From the NCBI GenBank assembly GCA_965217775.1, contig CBDCJH010000002.1, forward strand, positions 4,416,001 to 4,480,000: a stretch of 64,000 bases of DNA, in the 5' to 3' direction. This document shows positions 1 through 8,698 of this stretch, piece by piece. This stretch comes from Acidobacteriota bacterium. Its GTDB lineage: Bacteria; Acidobacteriota; UBA6911; RPQK01; JAJDTT01. Position numbers and translations under genes: made by a program. The notes beneath the pieces are model-generated. The model searched no databases, had not been told where the DNA came from, and saw only the letters and a program-made list of their open reading frames with translations. The number at the start of each line of letters is the position of its first letter. Within the stretch, counting starts at the first letter, position 1.

Positions 1-738
1 GGAATACCTGAAACTACAGAAATAGACTCCCAGGTCGCCGAGTTCTGGATCCAGCTGGCGGCCGATCCTGTTGGCTGCATTTCGAACGCCCTTGCTCACT
101 TGCTTACCAGAGATGGCGACAAGCGCCGCGATCGCCGCAATTCTGGGCAAAGGAGCCAAATCGATACCAGAAACGACTTTGGATTCGAGCCACTCAGCCG
201 CTTTTTCGAGACGTTCACGAGCTTCCCTATTAGCTATTGAAAAATCGAGAAGTGAAAGGATCACGACCGCCGTCGTTAGCACTTGCGGTGTCTGATCATG
301 TTCTGCGCTTGATTCCCAGTAGTGGCCCCATTGCCCGCCAGGGAGTTGAGTGTTCCATAGCCTCTGGGCGACCTCTCGTCGTAGCGACTTCGCCGACTCG
401 TCCTTGATCCCGCCCAATGCTATGTGTAGATACGCGACCCGGAGTGTCTGCAGAAACCACTGTGCCGGCTGCCGCGCAGAGTCTTGCCTTTGATTCCACC
501 AGAACTGAAGTGTCTCCTGAGCTTGTCTCACTGCTGCGGAGTTTTTGCGGTTAGCCGACTGCAGAACAATGAGGCCCGAAGCTGTTCCATACAAACCAAT
601 CTGGTGGTGACTTCGCTCCATTTCGAGGAACTGTCCCCACGCTTTACACTCGGAGCAGTTTGGGCCATCTTCGATCTGGGCCTCAAACCGACCGGCTAGC
701 CGATCAAGAACGACATCAATTTTTTTGGATTGCAGCAT
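1..738 (-). CDS. Hypothetical alpha-helical protein, possibly prenyltransferase/squalene-cyclase-like alpha/alpha toroid (partial, runs off the window edge)
   Basis: Not in the ORF track. The frame is open from ATG at 738 (MLQSKKIDVVLDRLAGRFEAQ...) to base 1. The ATG overlaps the upstream stop (TGATG). It contains LWNTQLPGGQWG, resembling the QxxDGxW repeat, and LEKAAEWLES. Confidence 0.55.
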   Translation of the reverse strand, partial: MLQSKKIDVVLDRLAGRFEAQIEDGPNCSECKAWGQFLEMERSHHQIGLYGTASGLIVLQSANRKNSAAVRQAQETLQFWWNQRQDSARQPAQWFLQTLRVAYLHIALGGIKDESAKSLRREVAQRLWNTQLPGGQWGHYWESSAEHDQTPQVLTTAVVILSLLDFSIANREARERLEKAAEWLESKVVSGIDLAPLPRIAAIAALVAISGKQVSKGVRNAANRIGRQLDPELGDLGVYFCSFRYS

Positions 739-1385
739 CAACGATGAGATTCCCAATAGCTCTCACGGAGCAATGCGGCGGCCCGTTTCGCGTTCGAGTA
801 GCTAGCATGCAACCGCCAGTCTGCAAGCTCAGGAAACCCAAGGTTCGACGCGACCATGTACCGCGCGAACTGTCGTGGTAGTCGCCCCAGACTGCGAAAC
901 AAACGATAGTCATGTGGATCGGGTGATATCAAAAAGTAGTCCGGAAGGTCGTCAGCTAAGACTACCGCATCAGAAAGGCTGTTCGCTGTGGAGAACAGTT
1001 GACACTGTTTCGCAACATCATCCATCACTTCAGGTCCGCGCGGAAAAAACAGGAAGTGGGCGTGAAAGCAGTGCGATTCATGTGCTCCTGGTAAGCCCGC
1101 ACAAAGTGGTACTCGCCCGTGCTCGGTCAACAAACACGAGCCGTGCCGAGCGATCAAGAATGTCCGAATCTCCTCGGCGAAGCTAAGAAACTCGTCGATG
1201 CCGGACTTGAGCGCATCTGCTGCCGACCGAACATGAAGTGGGGCGCCGACAACTGAGTAATCCTTCACGATTGGCCCAAGACCGCAGAGAGCGATTCCAG
1301 CCTCGGTCCGAGAATAGACTAGAGCTTGGTCTGGCGAACAGAGGAAGCAATCACTTACTCGCCGTGGTTGGGTGAGATTATTCAT
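738..1385 (-). CDS. HIT-like / CwfJ-like nucleotide-binding hydrolase
   Basis: Probable start MNNLTQ at 1385. Has N-terminal CFLC, GPIVKDYSVVGAPLH, EHG and HAHF (degenerate HxHxH). Confidence 0.55.
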   Translation of the reverse strand: MNNLTQPRRVSDCFLCSPDQALVYSRTEAGIALCGLGPIVKDYSVVGAPLHVRSAADALKSGIDEFLSFAEEIRTFLIARHGSCLLTEHGRVPLCAGLPGAHESHCFHAHFLFFPRGPEVMDDVAKQCQLFSTANSLSDAVVLADDLPDYFLISPDPHDYRLFRSLGRLPRQFARYMVASNLGFPELADWRLHASYSNAKRAAALLRESYWESHR

Positions 1386-1494
1386 AGAGTGACTACCAAC
1401 GCCAGGAGAACGCGGCTTTGTGGAAACTACCGAATCTTCGATCGGGTCAGACGTTCGGATCCTGATTGATAACCGCCTTTTGAGGGATCTGATA

Positions 1495-1623
1495 ATGAGG
1501 GTCGAAGACCGGACCATCATCAGGTGTTTGATCGAAGCCGGCATGCTGCTCGGAATATCGGTGCTCGACCACATAATCCTTGGTGACCGGTAAGCCCAAC
1601 TCAGCTTCCAGTAGAAGGGATGA
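1495..1623 (+). pseudogene. radC: RadC/JAB C-terminal remnant
   Basis: Translates EDRTIIRCLIEAGMLLGISVLDHIILGDR*AQLSFQ*KG*, matching the RadC C-terminus (GIxVLDHIIIG...SFxExG) with in-frame stops. Confidence 0.7.
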
Positions 1624-1701
1624 AACTAGTCCGTTGATTCCACGGCTCCTATCATCTTCAAAAGACCAAGCGTCACAGAGGATCGGCAACACACACCTGG
1701 C

Positions 1702-1728
1702 GGGGACAGAAATGGTGACTGTCCCCTT
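1702..1728 (+). repeat. GTGACTGTCCCC boundary motif within an inverted repeat (GGGGACAG-N9-CTGTCCCC)
   Basis: ggggacagaaatggtgactgtcccctt. Confidence 0.8.
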
Positions 1729-1749
1729 CTTGCTTCCGTTGTCCCCCTC

Positions 1750-2520
1750 ATGAGCTCCTTTGCTTTCACCAAAACGAGCCACATCCAACCAGTGCCGTCC
1801 CCACCGTTCCCCGTAGTGCGGGTTGGCGAGCAGCCGGTCAACGAGTTCGCGACAGGGATCCGCAGAGGAATCTCGAACGAACGCCTGGACTTCTTCGGGG
1901 GCGGGCGCGAGACCGATCAGGTCGAAGTAGGCGCGGCGAATCAGGGTGGGCCGATCGGCCTCCTGCGCCGGGCGAAACTGCATCTCGTGCAGCTTGGCGA
2001 GGAGGAAACGATCGATGGGCGAGTCTGTCCACGCGGCCTCGTCCGAACTTGCCGCCGAGATCTGAGGCGGGTCGACAGCACGCAGGGGGTGGAAGGCCCA
2101 GTGCCGGCGTCCTGACTCGAGATCCGTTTTCCCGGGTTCAGCGGCCTGCGCATCCCTCGGATACGGCGCGCCGAGGGTCACCCATTGGACGAAATCAGCG
2201 ATGACCGAGTCAGACAGTTTGCCGCCGGGCGGCATTGCCAAGCTGCGATCGGTGTGCTTGAGGGCCTCGATCAGAATGGACTGGTCGGGTCGGCCCGGCA
2301 CGACGGCGGGGCCCCGCGACCCGCCTTGCTCGACACCCTCCCGCGTGTCGAGCTGCAGTTTCCCAAACAGCATTCCCGCGCGGTCGGCCTCCGCCGAATG
2401 ACACTGATAGCAGCGCTCCGACAGAACCGGACGGATCTTCTTTTCGAAGAAGTTGATACGGTTCTGCCTGGGTTCCTCGGGGGCTCCGAGCAGGCTGAGG
2501 GAAATTACGAAAAGGATCAC
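1750..2520 (-). pseudogene. Truncated DUF1549 / planctomycete-type cytochrome c domain protein
   Basis: FFEKKIRPVLSERCYQCH heme motif, HWAF, TLIRRAYFDLIGLAP, YGERWGRHWLDVARF. Homology stops just before the motif hairpin at 1702-1728, and the usual long C-terminal part (DUF1553) is missing. Confidence 0.75.
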
Positions 2521-2605
2521 GCGACTACCTTACGCTTGTAATCGGAATTCTACGTTGGGTTGTAGAAGCAAATCCACCAGGCGAACGGACGCGCGCCCTG
2601 GAACC

Positions 2606-3478
2606 TCAGTACGTCCCGATCCCCAGCACATCCTTCTCCCAGGGCGTCAGTCGTTTGATCTGTTCGGGAGAAAGGGCGCGAACCTCCGTGTACTCGGGGA
2701 TGGTCTCCTCGAGGCCGAGCAGCTTCCGCATTTCCGGGAGGAGGCGATCCTGCACACCCTGTGGAATGACGCGGGCGTTGTCGATCATCCCCTTGACCCA
2801 CCATCGCTGGAAAAAGGCCAGTAAGGAATGCCGGACGTGGTCGCTGCGGTTGATGCCGCTGGCGTGCCAAAGCGCCGCATCCCAAACGATGGCCGTACCC
2901 GCGGGAACGACCGCTTGGTGGGATCCCGGGGAGTCGGCATCCGGGTCGGGGATCTCACAGGACTTGTGAGTGCCGGGCCAAACCAGGGTAGCTCCGTTCT
3001 CGGCGGTGAAATCCACAACCGCCCAGGCGACGTTGATCGCCATCGGGTAGTGCTTGCCGCCCTCGAAAGGCACGATGCTGAATGGAGACCGGTCGGCGTG
3101 AATCTGAAACCCGCGCCCGGGTTCCCTGCCCTCGCTGGGTCGAATCGAACGCGCCGTTGCGTCGTATAGAACCATGTCTTCGCCCAGGTACTCACGGCAC
3201 ACGGAGAGAACCGGCGGGTTCAGGTAGAAGGTTTCGAAGCAAGGATGCTTGCCCACGATGCAGTGGGCGGACCAGCAGTGCTCGGACGAAGTTCCCAGGC
3301 GCAGAGCGATCTCGCTCTCCCGCTGGTAGACGTCTTCGGCCGCCTCAATGGCTGGAGCCAGATACTCGGCGTCGAGAGCGTCCGGGATGATGGTGTAACC
3401 CTGATCCCCAAGCTCTCCAACGTGGAAATCCAGTTCCGAAGGCGTCAGCTCTCTTCCGCTCGCGAAGCCGGTCTTCAT
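2606..3478 (-). CDS. Phytanoyl-CoA dioxygenase (PhyH) family Fe(II)/2OG oxygenase
   Basis: HAD and later WH iron ligands; DFTAENGATLVWPGTH motif. Confidence 0.85.
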   Translation of the reverse strand: MKTGFASGRELTPSELDFHVGELGDQGYTIIPDALDAEYLAPAIEAAEDVYQRESEIALRLGTSSEHCWSAHCIVGKHPCFETFYLNPPVLSVCREYLGEDMVLYDATARSIRPSEGREPGRGFQIHADRSPFSIVPFEGGKHYPMAINVAWAVVDFTAENGATLVWPGTHKSCEIPDPDADSPGSHQAVVPAGTAIVWDAALWHASGINRSDHVRHSLLAFFQRWWVKGMIDNARVIPQGVQDRLLPEMRKLLGLEETIPEYTEVRALSPEQIKRLTPWEKDVLGIGTY

Positions 3479-3506
3479 GAGTCATGCCCCAAATATCGTT
3501 GCCGAA

Positions 3507-3577
3507 ATTGCCATTGCTTGGCAGCCTTTACAATTGTCAACCAGCGTACTACACGATTTCTTTCGCGAAAACACTCA
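3507..3577. repeat. 71-bp duplication X, copy 1
   Basis: Matches 4464-4534 with 8 mismatches counted by eye; immediately followed by the boundary motif at 3583. Confidence 0.9.
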
Positions 3578-3582
3578 AAGGA

Positions 3583-3677
3583 GGTGACTGCCCCCTTCCC
3601 GGTTCGCGCCCCTGTGGAGATGGTGCCTGCTCCCTCGCGCGCGCGCGCCCGCACACAAAAAATCAGGGACAGTCAAC
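3583..3677. repeat. Boundary motif cluster (3583-3597 +, variant near 3622, 3666-3677 -)
   Basis: ggtgactgccccctt; ggtgcctgctccc; gggacagtcaac. Confidence 0.75.
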
Positions 3678-3728
3678 TTCTCGCTTGACCACTTGACAAC
3701 TTCCGCGTCGTGGATTCACATTATACAC

Positions 3729-3974
3729 ATGAAGCGCACAAATCTTGTGCTTGATGAGCGAATTCTGGAAGAAACCTTACGTCTCAGCGGCGAGCGTACT
3801 TACTCGAAAGCAGTGACACGAGCGATGACAGAATTCGTTCGTAGGGTAAAGGCAGGTCGCATTTTGCAACTGGCCGGTTCGGGCCTTTGGGAGGGGGACT
3901 TGGCCGAGATGCGCAACGACCGACTGTGCAGCCAACCCGAGCCTGAGCACGGGACCGGCCGTGTACCTCGTTGA
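3729..3974 (+). CDS. vapB: VapB-type antitoxin (DUF2191-like)
   Basis: MKRTNLVLDERILEE...WEGDLAEMR; overlaps the PIN toxin gene. Confidence 0.85.
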   Translation: MKRTNLVLDERILEETLRLSGERTYSKAVTRAMTEFVRRVKAGRILQLAGSGLWEGDLAEMRNDRLCSQPEPEHGTGRVPR

Positions 3975-4359
3975 CACCTCGGTCTGGATCGAGGTGTTTG
4001 CACGGCCCGCCCGAGTCCACCTCGAATCGGTAGCCCACCTGGACGAAGTCGTCACCTGTCTTCCGGTCATGCAGGAGGTGCTCCAAGGCTTCCGCGACGA
4101 GAGCGCGTTCCGGATTGCACGAGAGGCAATGCACGCGTTTCCGCTCGTCGAGGCACCGTTGGAGACGGCAGTGTTCGACGAGGCGGTCGACCTGTACCGC
4201 TTGGCGCGTCGTATCGGTATCACAGTGCGTTCAAGTGTCGACTGCCTGATCGCGGTCTGCGCGATCAGGAACGACTTGACTCTGTTACACCACGACCGCG
4301 ACTTCGACCGGATCGCCCGAATTTCACCGTTACGTTCACGGAGTCTGGGAAGACGTTGA
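3961..4359 (+). CDS. vapC: VapC PIN-domain toxin
   Basis: LVDTSVWI, EVLQG, VDCLIA, HHDRDF. Confidence 0.9.
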   Translation: MYLVDTSVWIEVFARPARVHLESVAHLDEVVTCLPVMQEVLQGFRDESAFRIAREAMHAFPLVEAPLETAVFDEAVDLYRLARRIGITVRSSVDCLIAVCAIRNDLTLLHHDRDFDRIARISPLRSRSLGRR

Positions 4360-4463
4360 TGTCGACGTGCTACGACTGATGCTGAGCAGCAGCGTGACTC
4401 CGAGTCCCGGTGTCGATTCCATGAGGCCGGCCAGCGTTGGGAACGCGCTCGGACGATCGTGAG

Positions 4464-4534
4464 ATTGCCATTGCTTGGCAGCGTTTACAGTTGCCGACTA
4501 GCCTACTACACGACTTCCTTCGCGAAAACACTCA
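4464..4534. repeat. 71-bp duplication X, copy 2
   Basis: Diverged copy of 3507-3577. Confidence 0.9.
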
Positions 4535-4776
4535 GAAAAGCTCCTCCACCGGCCCGATCCGGCATACGCCTAGTAGAAACACGCAGGAGTGACAGGAGGG
4601 GGGACATTCCTGTCCCCCATTGGAGGGGCGTCTTTCAGGCGCCCTCTTTCGGACCAACCATGACTCATGGCCAGGGACTGCAGGTTGCGAAAGCGGGGGT
4701 AGGAAAACCCCCGCTCCTGGACCACCCCTGTTTCTCCCAGGATCTCGCCGGCGGGTGGCCGGTGGGGGAGCTTTCC
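4535..4776. mobile_element. Non-autonomous REP-containing element with terminal inverted repeats
   Basis: AAAGCTCCTCCACCGGCC ... GGCCGGTGGGGGAGCTTT (17/18 inverted repeat) with internal hairpins; the left end recurs at 37334. Confidence 0.55.
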
Positions 4777-4797
4777 TCTTTCTTCGTTTTCTTAGAA

Positions 4798-4812
4798 GGT
4801 GACTGTCCCCTC
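4798..4812 (+). repeat. GTGACTGTCCCC boundary motif
   Basis: ggtgactgtcccctc. Confidence 0.8.
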
Positions 4813-4877
4813 TCGAGCGGGTGACCCACCAGATCCGCGCTCATGTCCGGTGACGTCCGCCAGCACGGTCGGCCTTT

Positions 4878-5753
4878 TCACGGACCGGTCCGCCGCGATC
4901 GCGGGAGCGCCAGCGCCACGCCGCCAAGAATCAGCACGGAGGAGAGCACGAGCCGAAAGGTGACGGACTCTCCCATGACGAGCACGCCGCCCGCCGCGGC
5001 GATCACGGGTACGGACAGCTGCACTGTGGCCGCGAAGGTCGCGGTGAGGCCGCCCAGCGCCGTGTACCAGATCACATAGCCGGCCCCCGACGCCAGCGCG
5101 CCGGAGGTGACGGCGAGTAGCGCGCCGGCAGGCGTCATCTCGAAGTTTCCCACGCTCAGCAGGCTGACCACCGCGACCATCGGCACGCTACGAACGAAGT
5201 TATCGCGGGTTTCTCCCAGCGGGTCCACGGCACCTCGGCCGTGAAGCGAGTACAGCCCCCAGGCGATTCCGGCCACCGCCATGAGCACGCTGCCTGTGGG
5301 AGACGGCGCCGTCACGCCCGGCAGCACCAGATACGTCATGCCGCCGAGCGCGGCGGCCAGGCCGATCCACTGCAGCAGGCGAGGTCGCTCACCGGCGGCC
5401 AGGCCCGCGACGAGCATCGTCGCCTGCACCGCGGCGAAGAGGATCAGCGCGCCTGTTCCGGTCGTGAGCGTGTTGTAAGCGAAGGAGAACGGGACCGCGT
5501 AAAGGAAAAGGAGCGCCGCGGAGGACCAGCCCGCCCTGCGCGGCGTGCGCGCTCCCCGACGCACGGCGTGGATGGACGAGAGGGCCAGCGCTCCCGACAA
5601 CAGACGAATCGCGGAGAAGCTGGCCGCGTCGATCTCCCCGCCCCCGAGCGCCGCGCGGCACAGGACCGAGTTGGCGGCGAAGGCGACCATCGCCGCCGCC
5701 GTCAGGAGGCCGACGCACCTCAACCGCGCCATGGCGTCAGACGTGGCCACCAT
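4878..5753 (-). CDS. DMT/EamA family transporter
   Basis: About 10 hydrophobic segments; AFAANSVLCRAAL, GYVIWYTAL, QLSVPVIAA. Confidence 0.85.
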   Translation of the reverse strand: MVATSDAMARLRCVGLLTAAAMVAFAANSVLCRAALGGGEIDAASFSAIRLLSGALALSSIHAVRRGARTPRRAGWSSAALLFLYAVPFSFAYNTLTTGTGALILFAAVQATMLVAGLAAGERPRLLQWIGLAAALGGMTYLVLPGVTAPSPTGSVLMAVAGIAWGLYSLHGRGAVDPLGETRDNFVRSVPMVAVVSLLSVGNFEMTPAGALLAVTSGALASGAGYVIWYTALGGLTATFAATVQLSVPVIAAAGGVLVMGESVTFRLVLSSVLILGGVALALPRSRRTGP

Positions 5754-6238
5754 CGACCCACGTGCAGCAAATAGGTCTCGTATGACCGCCCGAATCTTCG
5801 GCGGAGTGTCGGCTCCTCATAGAACAGCACGTTCAGGTGGAACGCGACCAGCACCACCCCTGCGTACGCGAACAGCAGGGCGTGGCCAAAGAGTAGCGCC
5901 TGCCCTGCGATGATGATCAGAACGGAGACGTACATCGAGTTTCGCACGAACCGATAGAGGCCGGACGCCACCAGTACTTCGGTCTGCGCCACCGGTGCCG
6001 GTGTGCCACGCCCTTCAAGGGCGAAGCGGGCGAAGCAGTCCAGCAGGCAGGCCAAGCCCGCCGCGACTGCCGCGACACCCAATACCCGCTCGCGCTCGCC
6101 CGGAAGCCCGAGCAGCGGTGGCTGCATCGTCCAACCGAACAGCGCGAATGGGCCGACGCCGGCAACGACCGCGGGAGCGACCCAGAAGAAGACAAACGAC
6201 CCCAAGATCGCACACGTGCGTGTGCCCTTCATAAACAC
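5720..6238 (-). CDS. Isoprenylcysteine carboxyl methyltransferase / PEMT family membrane protein
   Basis: GRGTPAP, GLYRFVRNSMY, YEEPTLRRRFG..Y..Y...V.RW. Confidence 0.85.
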   Translation of the reverse strand: MFMKGTRTCAILGSFVFFWVAPAVVAGVGPFALFGWTMQPPLLGLPGERERVLGVAAVAAGLACLLDCFARFALEGRGTPAPVAQTEVLVASGLYRFVRNSMYVSVLIIIAGQALLFGHALLFAYAGVVLVAFHLNVLFYEEPTLRRRFGRSYETYLLHVGRWWPRLTPWRG

Positions 6239-6423
6239 GTCATGAGACCGTGGGAGCCTGGCAGGTGAGGTCCAAGCGGCTCCGCGACTGTTGTCGTGCG
6301 CCGTCTGCGTGACTTTGCATGTGGTCTCATCCCCCGTTCAGCATACTGGAACTCCGCGCCGATTCTTATAATTTATGGCTTGGTCGTAGTGTTCTCAACG
6401 GGAGAGACGGTGGCTGTCCCCTT
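6238..6423. repeat. ~186-bp duplication Y, copy 1, ending in the boundary motif (6409-6423)
   Basis: Colinear with 7437-7625; contains a minus-strand TTGAGA-N17-TAAATT promoter-like sequence. Confidence 0.9.
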
Positions 6424-6519
6424 CTCGCTTGGATGATTGTGACGGCAAGAGTCGCATGACCGAACGACGCTCCACTCGCAATACACAGAATGCTGGTCAA
6501 CTGGCTAGTCCCCTTACCC

Positions 6520-7227
6520 TTAGGCAGCCTCCCTGGTTCCCACGATCAACAGAGTCCGTATAGGCAACAGGAAGTCTTCCCCCTTCCTCCTGATGTTCAA
6601 GGCCTCCAGGAATGATCCCGGGGCCTTCTGCAGACGAGCTCGGATCTCCGCTTCCGCCTCAGATCCAGAGGATCCGATCTCGCACCACCGGCGTACAGTC
6701 GTCCCCTGAGGTCGCTCCGATAGTCCATCCTTCAACGCTTCCACCTTCAGCCCGCTGCTCTCGAATATGGATCTCCACCTCGCGGCCGTGTAGCTCCGAA
6801 CGTGGGTTGGATCGTGAAGCAGCTCCAGCTTGTGGTTGAACTCGTCTATGTCAGCGTTTTCGTGTCCTTCGAGATCGATAATCGCTACCCGCCCGCCGAT
6901 CTTCGTGAGCCGAGCCATTTCCGCCACCGCGCGGTCCACATCATCGAAATGGTGGGGGGCCAGCCGCGATACGACCAAATCGAACTGGTGTCCCCGCAGG
7001 GGAATCGATTCCGCGTACGCCTCGACCGTCTCCACCTCTCTCCCCTGCTCCGCTGCCAATCGCCGAAACGCGTCCAACATGCTGGGTGCAGGGTCGACTC
7101 CTACGAGTCTCCCGGCACCAGGGGCAAAGGACAGCGCCAAGTGGCCGGCGCCACACGCGACATCACATACGGATGCCCCAGCCGCTAGATTCAAGAGCTG
7201 ATGAAGAAGCCTGATCGTTGGGCTCAT
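6520..7227 (-). CDS. Class I SAM-dependent methyltransferase
   Basis: VCDVACGAGH motif I; FDLVVSRLAPHHF, DPTHVR. The homologous frame extends upstream to 7299 without a start codon. Confidence 0.85.
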   Translation of the reverse strand: MSPTIRLLHQLLNLAAGASVCDVACGAGHLALSFAPGAGRLVGVDPAPSMLDAFRRLAAEQGREVETVEAYAESIPLRGHQFDLVVSRLAPHHFDDVDRAVAEMARLTKIGGRVAIIDLEGHENADIDEFNHKLELLHDPTHVRSYTAARWRSIFESSGLKVEALKDGLSERPQGTTVRRWCEIGSSGSEAEAEIRARLQKAPGSFLEALNIRRKGEDFLLPIRTLLIVGTREAA

Positions 7228-7393
7228 GGAGTGAACTTCGCTCGTGGCATAGTTCTCAGCAATTCTCTCGAAGCGGTCACGCGATTCGTCAGTCGATTCT
7301 CACCCTCCTTCTGGAACCTCCGATCTCGACCTGGCGGTCCATCAGGGCTGAGGCCACTCGTCTTGAGAAGACTCCTATGTTCTCTCAAGTGAC

Positions 7394-7436
7394 GGTGACT
7401 GTCCCCTTCTAGATTTCCGTCCCCTTCTAGATTTCC
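7394..7436 (+). repeat. Boundary motif plus perfect 18-bp tandem duplication
   Basis: ggtgact followed by gtccccttctagatttcc twice (7401-7418, 7419-7436). Confidence 0.9.
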
Positions 7437-7625
7437 CGTCATGAGATCCTGGGAGTCCGGCAAGTGATGTCCAAGCGGCATCGCGCCTGTTGTCGTGCGC
7501 CGTCTGCGTGACTTTGCATGTGGTCTCGTCTCCCGTTCAGCATACTGGAACTCGCGCTGATTCTTGTAATCTATGGCTTAGTGATCGTGTGTTCTCAACG
7601 CGAGAGAGACGGTGACTGTCCCGTT
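7437..7625. repeat. ~189-bp duplication Y, copy 2, ending in the boundary motif (7611-7625)
   Basis: Diverged copy of 6238-6423. Confidence 0.9.
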
Positions 7626-7690
7626 CCCGATTCCGATTCCAAATTGACTCGCAATCTCGAAGGGTGTAGGGCTATTCATTAACTTCAGAT

Positions 7691-8674
7691 ATGAAAAACA
7701 TCATTTTTCTGCTGATTTCTGCATTGACTATATTTTTGGCTCGGACGGCCTGGAGTGAGGGGGCCGGGTTCGGGAAGCCTGACCGGGAAGGTATCGGGCG
7801 CTTCCTCCTGGTCGCGTCGGAAGGGCTCTACATCGTCGAATCCGATGGCCACTGTTCCTGGTCGTACACCGTCCCTCCGCTCGACGGACAATCCCCCGGA
7901 GAGTTCGACGACCTGATTTATGACGGCTGGGCACTCGCTAACGGAAACGTTCTCTTTGGGACGCATCGCTATGTACGAGAGATAGACCGCCAAAAGCAGC
8001 CGGTGTGGGAGTACCGTGTCCAAGGAAAGAACAAGGTCAAAACCTGCCTGCCCCTACCGAACGGTCGTGTGGCGGTACTCAATAGCCAGGAGCAGGCCAT
8101 TCTCGAATTGGAATCGGGGACCGGACAGGTCCTGCACAGGATCCCCGTTCCCGCTGGCGGAACACTCCATACCCGCTACAACCTCCTTCGCCGAACGCCG
8201 GAGGGAAACTACCTGGTTGCGCTACGTGCCGAGGAGAGATTCGTGGAAGTGGATTCCACCGGTCAGATCCTCCGCTCCCTGCGTGTCCCGAGTCTGCCCG
8301 CCCTGGCCCAGACGCTGAGCGACGGCACGACGCTATGCAGCGGCCGCTTCGGCCTGATCCGGTTTGATGCGAATGGAAAGAAAGTGTGGAGCTTCAGCCC
8401 TGAGAATGCTGCTCCCCACTTCCCACTGTTGATCGCAGTCGGGACGGTGGAGCTTTCCGACGGACGATTGCTGGTCGTGAACTCCGACTGGCACTACCGG
8501 GAACCGGGCGAAAATCGCGTGCAGCTCTTCATCACGGATTCCTCGAAGAACATTTCGTGGACGCTTCCGGTGACCGCCTTCGAAGGCTGGAAGCGGGGAG
8601 AGATCGAGCCCGAGACGGGTCTGCTGGAACATCGAGGCGGAGTGGTTCAACTGCTGGGCCCTGAGATTCCGTAA
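7691..8674 (+). CDS. Secreted beta-propeller repeat protein
   Basis: N-terminal signal peptide; repeated LxNGNxL / VWxY / EVDxxG beta-strand motifs. Confidence 0.7.
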   Translation: MKNIIFLLISALTIFLARTAWSEGAGFGKPDREGIGRFLLVASEGLYIVESDGHCSWSYTVPPLDGQSPGEFDDLIYDGWALANGNVLFGTHRYVREIDRQKQPVWEYRVQGKNKVKTCLPLPNGRVAVLNSQEQAILELESGTGQVLHRIPVPAGGTLHTRYNLLRRTPEGNYLVALRAEERFVEVDSTGQILRSLRVPSLPALAQTLSDGTTLCSGRFGLIRFDANGKKVWSFSPENAAPHFPLLIAVGTVELSDGRLLVVNSDWHYREPGENRVQLFITDSSKNISWTLPVTAFEGWKRGEIEPETGLLEHRGGVVQLLGPEIP

Positions 8675-8698
8675 TCGTAATTGCGGGTCTTCGTACTG

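Noticed and set aside
6240-6320. 26-codon ORF (MQSHADGARQQ...) preserved in both Y copies (also 7439-7519)
   Set aside because: Substitutions between the copies are mostly non-synonymous, so there is no sign of coding selection.
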